Assembly (NCBI GenBank): GCA_048940445.1
Contig: JBHLON010000042.1
Span: forward strand, 1 to 25,395
Source: Promethearchaeota archaeon
Lineage (GTDB): Archaea; Asgardarchaeota; Lokiarchaeia; Sigyniarchaeales; SOKP01
DNA: 25,395 nucleotides
Reading direction: 5' to 3'
Numbering within the stretch: position 1 is the first letter of the stretch; the number at the start of each line of letters is the position of its first letter. Both the position numbers and the translations under genes were made by a program. The notes under the pieces are model-generated. The model saw nothing but the letters and a program-made list of their open reading frames with translations. It made no database searches and was not told the DNA's origin. Positions 9,861 to 18,230 of the stretch are shown here, piece after piece.

Positions 9861-10022
9861 TTAAAATACAAAATGGTCAAGAATTGCTACCATTATTGGC
9901 ATAATGAATAGGATAAGTAATTTTATAATGAAGATCAATACTTTTTTTGCAGGAGTGTTTTTTTTTAAGACTACTACTTCATGTTCATTTGATATTTTTT
10001 CATCTACTAAATCTTCTTCCAT
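9861..10022 (-). CDS. 53-aa tail-anchored membrane protein
   Basis: Manual translation: MEEDLVDEKISNEHEVVVLKKNTPAKKVLIFIIKLLILFIMPIMVAILDHFVF*. AGGAGG lies 12 nt upstream of the ATG. Confidence 0.7.
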   Translation of the reverse strand: MEEDLVDEKISNEHEVVVLKKNTPAKKVLIFIIKLLILFIMPIMVAILDHFVF

Positions 10023-10047
10023 ATTTATTTATATCCTCCTAATTAGT

Positions 10048-10290
10048 TTATAAACGAAATATTCTAATAATAAAAAACACAATGTGGGCGGCTATGATTA
10101 ATAATTGGAATCCTATTAAAATCCTTTTTTTTACTTTATGGTGAAAAATATCACTAATAACAATATTATCGATTGGATTTTTCACTTTATTTCCCTTGTC
10201 TATAAAATTTTTGTTGTGCTCTTCTAATTCGTCAAGCTTTTGAGCTTTCTTTACCATTTGGGATTCATTTTCCAGCATACTTATAATCAA
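10048..10290 (-). CDS. Small tail-anchored coiled-coil protein (synaptobrevin-like pattern)
   Basis: 80 aa with a heptad N-terminal region, basic KVKKR and a C-terminal TM; first gene of a three-gene run. Confidence 0.6.
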   Translation of the reverse strand: MIISMLENESQMVKKAQKLDELEEHNKNFIDKGNKVKNPIDNIVISDIFHHKVKKRILIGFQLLIIAAHIVFFIIRIFRL

Positions 10291-10354
10291 GTTCTTAATT
10301 TTTTGATATTTTATTCACATTTGTTAGGTAAGACTAACGTCATTTTATTATACC

Positions 10355-10372
10355 CATGTTAAATTTACTAGT
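10355..10372. promoter_or_regulatory. Imperfect operator-like palindrome CATGTTAAATTTACTAGT
   Basis: 14/18 match to the perfect palindrome at 10554; upstream of the minus-strand small-protein genes. Confidence 0.55.
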
Positions 10373-10553
10373 CATCATATTTAAATATTGTTATAATTTA
10401 AAAGGGATCTCATCTTGACATTTAATTTAATATAATTAAATATAACATCAATCTAACTTTTCTATAGGATAGTCATTTAAAGCCTAAGGATAATAAATAT
10501 GAGGGATAGTAAAATATAAATTTCCGTGTTAATATTACTATATCAACAGTTTG

Positions 10554-10571
10554 ACTAGTAAATTTACTAGT
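10554..10571. promoter_or_regulatory. Perfect 18-bp palindrome ACTAGTAAATTTACTAGT, candidate XRE operator
   Basis: Exact self-reverse-complement 28 nt upstream of the bPH2-XRE start; related copies at 10355 and 10525. Confidence 0.65.
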
Positions 10572-10599
10572 GTATTAAAAATAGAGAGAGAGGAATTTA

Positions 10600-11424
10600 A
10601 TGAGTGAAGAAGAATTTGTATATATTGGGATAATTTCCAAAGAATACATAAAAAAGCAGGTTTTAAAAAATAATTTAGTTTTAATCTTTTGGGCAGTAGT
10701 AATTTCATCTTTTTTAGTCTTATTATATCTTTACGATACAACCTTTTCTTTTGAGATAATGCTTATTTCGATCGTATTATTAGTTGTGATACCTTATAGT
10801 GTCATTGCATTACTATCTGCTTGGTACTTCTCAGCATACGTTAAAAATTTTACTTATAAAGTACAAAGAGATAGTATTGTTATTAATCATGGTGTATTTA
10901 CTAAAACAAGAGCAACAATTCCATATAGAAGAATCCAAAACATTAATATTACTACAGGTATCTTTGATAGAATGTATAAGACTTATACTGTGAAAATTGA
11001 AACTGCCGGACATAGTGCTGTTAGTTCGGGCACATCAAGAAGGGGAATTGGTCCTGAAGGGTATATTCCTGGCTTAAAAGATCCCCATATAATTGAGAAT
11101 AAGATAAAAGAAATGATTTCTAAAATTTCAACGGTTCCAAGTGGATTAGAAGATAAGATTTTTAAGCCTGAAGAATTAGCATTTGATAATTTTATCAGTT
11201 ATATTCTTTCTAAAATGCGAGAAGGAGAGAAATTAAAAACATCGATTCCAGAGTTGAGGGAAAGAGCAAATATGTCAACTTCTCAATTAGCAGATAAAGT
11301 AGGTGTCCCTATTGAAACAATAAATTATTTAGAAGAGGGTAAATATAATCCCAGCTTACTATTGGCCTACAAAATTGCTGAAGTGTTGAATTGTAAGATA
11401 GAAGATTTATTTGAATTATTGTAG
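10600..11424 (+). CDS. Membrane protein: 2 TM + bacterial PH domain (bPH_2/YdbS-like) fused to C-terminal XRE HTH
   Basis: INHGVFTK..TIPYRRIQNI...GIFDR....TVKIETAG (bPH_2); LRERANMSTSQLADKVGV..ETINYLEEGKYNPSLLLAYKIAEVL (HTH_3). Confidence 0.85.
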   Translation: MSEEEFVYIGIISKEYIKKQVLKNNLVLIFWAVVISSFLVLLYLYDTTFSFEIMLISIVLLVVIPYSVIALLSAWYFSAYVKNFTYKVQRDSIVINHGVFTKTRATIPYRRIQNINITTGIFDRMYKTYTVKIETAGHSAVSSGTSRRGIGPEGYIPGLKDPHIIENKIKEMISKISTVPSGLEDKIFKPEELAFDNFISYILSKMREGEKLKTSIPELRERANMSTSQLADKVGVPIETINYLEEGKYNPSLLLAYKIAEVLNCKIEDLFELL

Positions 11425-11484
11425 TATTTAATAATCTTTTTCAGGAATGGGTTAAATTCGATTGAGTCTTTTGGTGAAAAGTTT

Positions 11485-11913
11485 CTGAAATATAAAACTA
11501 AAATTAAGACAAGAATAAAGAATATTAGAGAAGAACTAAGACTCACACAACAAGATTTAGCTGACCGTATAGGAGTCTCACGTCAAACCATTTATTTTTT
11601 AGAAAGAGGTAAATATAATCCGTCACTTACGATATCTTTTAAGATTGCCGAGGTTTTGAAGAAACCGTTAGATGAAATATTTTTTCAAGAGCCTATAATT
11701 AAAGATGAAATAAATAAAATTAAAATTGAAAAATCTTATAAAGAAATTGAGGATTTCACTAGAAAGTATAATATCGATCTTGAAAGTCTATTTCTTATAG
11801 GTGATATTGATGAAAAAGATTTATCAGTAAATTATTCCAGAGCATTTTTAGAGAGTCTAGCTCAATTCTTAGGATATAACTTTGATGATTTGTTTATTGA
11901 TACTACCTTTTAA
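11485..11913 (+). CDS. XRE-family HTH regulator (probable CTG start; ORF track truncates it to 11656)
   Basis: The frame upstream of 11656 reads RIKNIREELRLTQQDLADRIGVSRQTIYFLERGKYNPSLTISFKIAEVL. GGTGA at 11473-11477 lies 7 nt before the CTG. Confidence 0.85.
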   Translation: MKYKTKIKTRIKNIREELRLTQQDLADRIGVSRQTIYFLERGKYNPSLTISFKIAEVLKKPLDEIFFQEPIIKDEINKIKIEKSYKEIEDFTRKYNIDLESLFLIGDIDEKDLSVNYSRAFLESLAQFLGYNFDDLFIDTTF

Positions 11914-11933
11914 AAATTTACAAATTTTATTTC

Positions 11934-12677
11934 TTATTTCGATAAAAGTTTTAACCATTCTGAATCTTTTTTTAACTTCTCAAATTCAGATTTATCTCCA
12001 AAATCGCCTCTAAATTGATTCTTTTTCATCTTTAATAGGCGAACTTTCCAATTGTAATTAATTATTGCTTTATTTATTGCTTGAGGAAGTTCTTTTTCCC
12101 CTCTATTAGACGGTTCTAGTGTTCTTAAGAACCTAAATATTTCTATGGATAATATAAAGATTCCACAGTTATTATAATTAGATAATGATACCCCTTTTGG
12201 CGGTTTTTCAACTATCTTTACACAATAGTTTCCTGTATAATATACAGCTGCTCCTCTATGTGGATCTTCAGTATAGTTAGCCACAAGAATATTATCCTGG
12301 TTTTCTTTATGGAATATATCCATAACTTCTTTATAAACTCGATAAGGAACTAAAATATCACCCCAAGTCAGAAAAAAATGATTGTCTTTAATTAGATGTT
12401 CACATAATAATACTGCTCCTCCTGTACCATTCAAATCATTTTGTATAATATATTCAATATTAATGCCCCACTTTTCACCCTCTTTAAAGTAGCCAATTAT
12501 CTGTTCTTTCTTAAATCCTACTACTAGAATTACTTCTTTAAAACCAGTATAAGTAAGTCCTTCTATTATGTACTCTAATAATGGTTTACCATGTAAAGAT
12601 AGCATTGCTTTTTGGTAAATATGGGTAAGTGGATACAACCGTTTTCCATAACCAGCACATAAAATTATGGCTTTCAT
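11934..12677 (-). CDS. Sugar-phosphate nucleotidyltransferase (NTP_transferase)
   Basis: MKAIILCAGYGKRLYPLT...K, GTGGA, WGD, IVEKP, PSNRGEKEL. Confidence 0.9.
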   Translation of the reverse strand: MKAIILCAGYGKRLYPLTHIYQKAMLSLHGKPLLEYIIEGLTYTGFKEVILVVGFKKEQIIGYFKEGEKWGINIEYIIQNDLNGTGGAVLLCEHLIKDNHFFLTWGDILVPYRVYKEVMDIFHKENQDNILVANYTEDPHRGAAVYYTGNYCVKIVEKPPKGVSLSNYNNCGIFILSIEIFRFLRTLEPSNRGEKELPQAINKAIINYNWKVRLLKMKKNQFRGDFGDKSEFEKLKKDSEWLKLLSK

Positions 12678-12851
12678 TTGATTCTGATCATATTATTTTA
12701 TAATTACATTTCTATAACTTGCAGATTATTTAGATGTTATATAGATATTACATTTTTTTTTCTTTTTGGGTACTTAGATTCTAATGAGACATTTAGTGAG
12801 GATCATTAATAGGTATCTCAAGTTTCCTATAAAACATTTATTGATAGTCAA

Positions 12852-13619
12852 ATGATCAGAGACATTATAATTATAAAAGATGGTTTACCTCTCTTTAATA
12901 AGAGTTATGACATTTCTTCTAATCCTACTAAAATTAAAAATGTATTTTCGCAATCAGACAATTTAATTATGGTTTCTGGATTTTTTATGGCCTTAAATTC
13001 TTTTTCTGACTCATTTGAAGATCTTGGAACAATAAGCGAATTGAAATTGTCTAATAATGATCTTAAACTTTCTTTTTTAAAAGATTCAAGTATTCCAAAC
13101 TTGATTTATCTCGCAACATATGATGAAGATTCTAAAGCTGTAAATGTACAGAGAGTTTTAAGAAAGATATCATCCTCATTTTTGAATAAGTATAATATTA
13201 ATCAAATACTCAACTGGAATGGAAAAATAGATACATTTAAATCGTTTGAAAATATATTGAATATCTACGTCACTGAGGAACAAGAAGAAAAAGATAAGGA
13301 ATTTAAAAATAAAGTCACTGAACTCTTCAAATCTGTTGAGGAGAAAATAAATGAAGAGTCACGTCTATTTGCGATTCAGGCTGAAATTCAGCATACTGAA
13401 GATTTACCAGAATATTGCTATATGATTCCTAAGTTTATAAGTTCTCATAAGATTAATCCTAAATACTATTTAACTGGTGCTACTACTTGTAATGTGTATT
13501 CTGAAATAGATGGAAAAAAGTCAATCCAATTAATTACTAAAAGACTAAATTTGGACCACGAACAAGTTTATAATATATGTAAAAACCTAATAAAATTAGG
13601 ATTTATAAATTTAACATGA
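12852..13619 (+). CDS. Longin-like N-terminal domain + C-terminal winged helix (NPRL2-like)
   Basis: MI..IIII..GLPLF...VSGFFMALNSF...LRKI...FLNKY longin pattern; C-terminal IDGKKSIQLI..RLNL....VYNICKNLIKLGFI. Confidence 0.65.
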   Translation: MIRDIIIIKDGLPLFNKSYDISSNPTKIKNVFSQSDNLIMVSGFFMALNSFSDSFEDLGTISELKLSNNDLKLSFLKDSSIPNLIYLATYDEDSKAVNVQRVLRKISSSFLNKYNINQILNWNGKIDTFKSFENILNIYVTEEQEEKDKEFKNKVTELFKSVEEKINEESRLFAIQAEIQHTEDLPEYCYMIPKFISSHKINPKYYLTGATTCNVYSEIDGKKSIQLITKRLNLDHEQVYNICKNLIKLGFINLT

Positions 13620-13632
13620 AAAAGCTAGATTA

Positions 13633-13938
13633 TTATTTTTGTATGCGCTTTTGATGTTGTTTTTTACGTTTACGTTCTTCTTCATTTACTTCTTCATTTA
13701 ATTGCTGTAAAGCAAGAGTATCTTTACCTTGGAATTTGAATACCCCTGCAATTTTACTTTCTTCTTTTTCTCCAGACTTACTTATTTTTTCAAAAGAGAC
13801 AGTAATTGGTAATTCTTGATTTAGAGCTAGATTTATGAAATTAATAAAACCTATATGTTTACTTGGAGCAATATTAAATTTTATTGACACTTCTTTGTTT
13901 TTGTTAGTTACAGATTTTAAGATCAATCTCAATTTCAA
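13633..13938 (-). CDS. Hypothetical protein, basic C-terminal tail
   Basis: 101-aa ORF filling the gap, TTG start, plausible composition. Confidence 0.65.
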   Translation of the reverse strand: MKLRLILKSVTNKNKEVSIKFNIAPSKHIGFINFINLALNQELPITVSFEKISKSGEKEESKIAGVFKFQGKDTLALQQLNEEVNEEERKRKKQHQKRIQK

Positions 13939-14085
13939 TCGAGTTCACACTTTCTCATATATAATTTGGTTTTAAAATTTAAAAAAAATATATTATAGTT
14001 ATAATTAAGTATAGTATAAAAATGAACTTAAGGAAAACTAGGTAATTTTATAAGATTAAGTGTATAAACAGAAAAGTCATTAGTT

Positions 14086-14712
14086 ATGTCCTCAAAATTT
14101 AGATTACGTAGAATATTTTATCCTTTAGTTAAAGTAATGGCGAAGGGTTTAATTAAGATAGGAGTTAGTCCTAATCTCGCTACTTGTATCATGCTTTTAT
14201 TTTCATTATTAAGCTTTTTTTTATTAGTATTCTTTTCTAGCTTATTATTATTTTCTATATTTGTTTTTTTAACCGGGCTATTTGATGGAATTGATGGAGC
14301 TATTGCCAGATTAACAAATAAAAGTTCTGCTTTTGGTGGTTTTTTTGATTCAATTATGGATAGAATAAGTGAATTTGTTATTTTTCTTGCCCTTTTGTTA
14401 TATTCATGGCAGAATGTTCTGTGGAACATTATTGATGTTAAAATAATTATAATAATCTCTTTTATAGGAACTCTTATGATTAGTTATTTACGCGCAAGAG
14501 GTGAAGTAATTGTTAAAGGAAATTTTGATTTTGGTTTAATGGCAAGATCAGAAAGATTATTTTATCTATTTATAACTATGTTATTGTCATCATTCATTCA
14601 ACTTATTAATGAATTCCTGTTTGTGTTTATGATCTTAGTTTTAATGACTGTATTCTTTAGATTTTTCAAAATTTACAAATTATTAAAGAGTCATGAATTA
14701 CGTGATAAATAA
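14086..14712 (+). CDS. CDP-alcohol phosphatidyltransferase (archaetidylinositol-phosphate synthase-like)
   Basis: SPN..T, DGIDGAIAR....S.FGGFFDSIMDR, SYLRARGE, R.ER. Confidence 0.92.
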   Translation: MSSKFRLRRIFYPLVKVMAKGLIKIGVSPNLATCIMLLFSLLSFFLLVFFSSLLLFSIFVFLTGLFDGIDGAIARLTNKSSAFGGFFDSIMDRISEFVIFLALLLYSWQNVLWNIIDVKIIIIISFIGTLMISYLRARGEVIVKGNFDFGLMARSERLFYLFITMLLSSFIQLINEFLFVFMILVLMTVFFRFFKIYKLLKSHELRDK

Positions 14713-14713
14713 A

Positions 14714-15430
14714 TTACAATTTGTTTTTAACTAATTCAATGATTAACTTATCCCCATCTTTTAAATTAAAGTAATCTCTTAAATAAGGTTTAGCAAGAAT
14801 TTCTATAATATTTTTTTTATGATGGGTTCTTTTTATATCTAATATAGCAGCTTTATGTCGATTATTTTTATCACCAAATCTATAAATATAAACGTCATAA
14901 CATTTTACTGAACCATATTCTCTATTCTGGTCCTTAAATCCATCAATAATAACAGGATTAATATTACTCAGTTTTTCTCTTAAAATTGATATATCAGTAT
15001 CAGTTAATCTCAAATTAAGGGTCCCTTTATATGGTTCAAATCCAAGTTTACTTTTGAATTGGTCAAAATATCCTTTAATTGAAACATAATATCCTCCTTC
15101 ATGCATTCCTTCAGTTATTTCTCCTACAATCAATATAGATTCAAGTAATTCTTTTAGATTCTTATAAACACTTAACATCACATTTGCTCCTTTTTTTGTG
15201 ATGGATATTTTTTGGGTTTTAGCTTCATACTTTCTTTTAATCCATCCTAAATCTTCTAAATCTTTGATTCTTCTGCTTCCAGTTTGTTGGCTCAAACCCA
15301 ATATTTCTCCAAACTCTACGCTACTTATATTTAATGATGTCCTGCTTTTAGTTAATTGACATAATTTAAGTAGGGCAAACCAATTTGCATAATTTTCAGG
15401 CTTTATACTTTCGTTACTTTCCATAATCAT
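14714..15430 (-). CDS. ribK: CTP-dependent riboflavin kinase with N-terminal wHTH (RbkR type)
   Basis: LGLSQQTGSRRIKDLE wHTH; GMHEGGYY, LGFEPYKGTLN, RTHH...IIEILA..YLRD..LKDGD. Confidence 0.92.
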   Translation of the reverse strand: MIMESNESIKPENYANWFALLKLCQLTKSRTSLNISSVEFGEILGLSQQTGSRRIKDLEDLGWIKRKYEAKTQKISITKKGANVMLSVYKNLKELLESILIVGEITEGMHEGGYYVSIKGYFDQFKSKLGFEPYKGTLNLRLTDTDISILREKLSNINPVIIDGFKDQNREYGSVKCYDVYIYRFGDKNNRHKAAILDIKRTHHKKNIIEILAKPYLRDYFNLKDGDKLIIELVKNKL

Positions 15431-15873
15431 CTCAACTTTTTCTTAAAGGAATCAAAAATTTTTCTTTTTATTAATCGAGAAGAATGCAATTCATATTTAT
15501 CATAATATTTTTCTAATCTTTGAACTTGTATATGATTCAATCCTTTCCTCTTTAAACCATTTTTAAGAGTAGAAATGTTGTATTTCTGATCTGGTCCAAG
15601 CAATATAATGTCAGGACTTATTTCCTCAACTGTTTTAAGAGTATCATTGTCATGTCGTCCTAATATAGCTTCTTTTACATTTTTTATATTTTTTACTACT
15701 TCTAATCGCTGTTGTTCAGGAATTATAGGAGCTTCTCCAGAATATAGCTCTCGATTCTTATCGGTAGCTACAATTACATATACGTCCCCTATCTTCGCAG
15801 CTTCATTAATTAAGAAGATATGGCCTGGATGAATTATATCAAAAGTTCCAGCTACTAATACTTTTTTTTTCAT
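15427..15873 (-). CDS. ribL: Archaeal FAD synthase (FMN adenylyltransferase)
   Basis: GTFDIIHPGH, PDIILLGPDQ, SSRLIK; overlaps ribK by 4 nt. Confidence 0.88.
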   Translation of the reverse strand: MKKKVLVAGTFDIIHPGHIFLINEAAKIGDVYVIVATDKNRELYSGEAPIIPEQQRLEVVKNIKNVKEAILGRHDNDTLKTVEEISPDIILLGPDQKYNISTLKNGLKRKGLNHIQVQRLEKYYDKYELHSSRLIKRKIFDSFKKKLR

Positions 15874-15895
15874 TTTGCCTTAACTCTTCAGTATT

Positions 15896-17455
15896 TTAAT
15901 CGATTGCATTAAAAGAAAGACCAATAAAGACAGGTCCCCTAATATCAACTTTTTTTTGCTTAGAATGAATATATTCTAAGATTTTATCATTTATTTCCAA
16001 ATTTACTTCAGAAGCCCGATAACATATTTTGAGTCTATATTCATATGAAGTTTTATTTTGTTCTAATAATCTTTCGATATTATAGGCGACTTGAGACGCA
16101 ATTCCTTCTAAATATGATTTTCCACTGTCTATCCCTTCTTCTAATTCATTTCTGTAATCCATTCCATAAATATTTCCATCTTTAACCCACACTTTATTTA
16201 ATGCAGCAGGACCAACTAATTTAACCCCTTCATCAAATTCCCATAATTTAATTACAATCTTTTGATCTTTTATTAGACCTTCCCATATCTTTATTTCAAC
16301 TGGAGACTTTAGATCTTTATTTATTAATACGCTTTTTATTATCGCATTTTTGATTTTAACACCTTCTTCTGTTACTGGAGTAACCTTATAAGAGAGTCCT
16401 TTACTAATTTCTTCATCTGTAAATGTAATATCTTCATAAAAATAAGGATAAACTAATTTTCTTATATCTTCGATTTCACTCTTTATCATACAAATTCTCT
16501 CGATTCCAAATCCAACATTAAATACAGGATATTCCAAATCATATTGAGATAGACTTACAGGTGAGTAAAAACCTCCATCTCCAATTTCTAACCATTCCTT
16601 AGTTTTAGGATGTTCAATAAAAATTTCGAATTCTGTTTGAGGAGCATAATATTTTGAAGTTGCTTTCTTAATTTCTAGTCTATTATTTTTAAATCCAATT
16701 TTCTCACATATAATGGATGTTATTCTTTGACAATCTTCTAAAGATAATTCTTCAGCCATTATAACTAAAGATAATGTATTAGAGCAGTAAAGATGGGTTG
16801 CATCTAACTTTTGTTCACGGCGGAATTTGGGGCTAATTGAAAAATATTGAAGGGGTAGATTCTTCTTTTTATATAAGTCCTTTAATACAATAAACCAAAG
16901 AGCTGTAGTATGGCTTCTAAGAGTAATATTTGTAGGTATAGGTTTTAAACCTTTCAACTCAGGAAAGACTTTATCTATAATTTCTGTAGCCTCTGTTTCT
17001 TCAAATTCTAATCTTTCTATGAAAGCGTTAATTAAATCATCTGCTTCTATTTCACCTTTTTTATATTCTCTAAAGATCTTCTTTAACTCATCAACATTAC
17101 GAAAATGTGGTACAATGTCTCTTAGCATAGCAATTTTATCTTTTGAGATTCCAATATCTGGACGAGGTAAACCTGCTAAATAGAATATGCGATCAAGAAT
17201 GAGTACTGCCTCAGGACCATATTGCTTATAAATCTCAAACTCATCAATAAACATGGGTAAAATTAGTTCTTCAAAGCCCAACGATATCATTTTTTCGCGT
17301 GCATCAGATATAAAATCATTAACAATATGACTCTTTCCTTTATTCTCTAAAATGAAATAATTCCCATTGAGTTTAAGAAGAGTCTTAGTTTCTAGCCATG
17401 TCTTCTCATAATTGATATTACTGTCCCGTTTAATTTTTTCCGTATCAAACCGCAT
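15896..17455 (-). CDS. sepS: O-phosphoseryl-tRNA(Cys) synthetase
   Basis: GFEE...YKQYGPEA..ILDRIFYLAGLPRPDIG, TLRSH.T..WF, FRREQ..DATHL, SKYY.P.TE.E, YSP..L..Y...YPV.N.G.G.ER, DIRGPVF. Confidence 0.92.
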   Translation of the reverse strand: MRFDTEKIKRDSNINYEKTWLETKTLLKLNGNYFILENKGKSHIVNDFISDAREKMISLGFEELILPMFIDEFEIYKQYGPEAVLILDRIFYLAGLPRPDIGISKDKIAMLRDIVPHFRNVDELKKIFREYKKGEIEADDLINAFIERLEFEETEATEIIDKVFPELKGLKPIPTNITLRSHTTALWFIVLKDLYKKKNLPLQYFSISPKFRREQKLDATHLYCSNTLSLVIMAEELSLEDCQRITSIICEKIGFKNNRLEIKKATSKYYAPQTEFEIFIEHPKTKEWLEIGDGGFYSPVSLSQYDLEYPVFNVGFGIERICMIKSEIEDIRKLVYPYFYEDITFTDEEISKGLSYKVTPVTEEGVKIKNAIIKSVLINKDLKSPVEIKIWEGLIKDQKIVIKLWEFDEGVKLVGPAALNKVWVKDGNIYGMDYRNELEEGIDSGKSYLEGIASQVAYNIERLLEQNKTSYEYRLKICYRASEVNLEINDKILEYIHSKQKKVDIRGPVFIGLSFNAID

Positions 17456-17477
17456 TTCGATCTTACTGTAGGATATT

Positions 17478-18104
17478 TTAAGTTTTATTAAATCTTGAAT
17501 TCTTCTCTATACATGTTTTTAAATCATTCATTTGTAGAGAGATGGAAACATCGCCTCTAGTTTTCTCAATTATACTTCTTGCTCTATCGGTTTTTTGTCT
17601 TAAATCTTGAGTTAAACCGGATGGATAATCTATAGCGAACAAGTGTGCATAAATTTCATCCATACTTTCTAAAATGTAATTTAAATCTTTAATTTGTGAA
17701 TTCCTTATGTTGTCTAAAGCATATCTTCTTAATTCTCCAACCACATCAGCCAAACCAAATGCAAAATTTAATGGATCAACATTTAGCTCACTTGGTTTAG
17801 GAATTTCTTCATTTGAAATAATTGAATAGAAAGAGATAGCCTCAATATATTCTTGCTCAGGAGTTCTCAAATATTTGAAAAAGTCTCCTGGATTTTTATT
17901 AACAAGTAAAATAAGTTTTTCATGAACACTTTTAATATTATTTAATTTCTCATAATATTGTTCATGTTCTTTTCTGTGAATATGTTTAATTGCAATACTA
18001 CAATCACGTATCAAATTACGAGACATTTTTAGAATTTCTTCTCTATCTTGATCTAAGTTGTCTAATGTTTCTATAACTTCTGAAAAAATATTTTTAAGAT
18101 TCAT
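17478..18104 (-). CDS. Translin/TRAX (C3PO)-family protein
   Basis: REEILK.SR, QEYIEA, GLADVVGELRR, LRQKTD..R. Confidence 0.88.
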   Translation of the reverse strand: MNLKNIFSEVIETLDNLDQDREEILKMSRNLIRDCSIAIKHIHRKEHEQYYEKLNNIKSVHEKLILLVNKNPGDFFKYLRTPEQEYIEAISFYSIISNEEIPKPSELNVDPLNFAFGLADVVGELRRYALDNIRNSQIKDLNYILESMDEIYAHLFAIDYPSGLTQDLRQKTDRARSIIEKTRGDVSISLQMNDLKTCIEKNSRFNKT

Positions 18105-18230
18105 TCTAATAGGTAATTATTTTAGTAATAATTAATTTGAATTTTAAATATAGTTAATTATCAAAAGCTAGAAAAATATTTAGGATTTTTTATTAGAAAA
18201 TTCATAATTGAATAAAAAATCAAGAGAACT

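Noticed and set aside
10538-11013. ORFs 10538..10741, 10799..10993, 10831..11013
   Set aside because: Overlap the bPH2-XRE gene; no protein-like signal.
11422-11484. Amber (pyrrolysine) readthrough fusing bPH2-XRE to the in-frame downstream XRE
   Set aside because: The first HTH ends naturally at the TAG, an SD+CTG start explains the second gene, no pyl genes are in the window, and other genes use TAG as a normal stop. Not strictly excluded.
14118-15832. ORFs 14118..14429 and 15608..15832
   Set aside because: Antisense to the phosphatidyltransferase and ribL.
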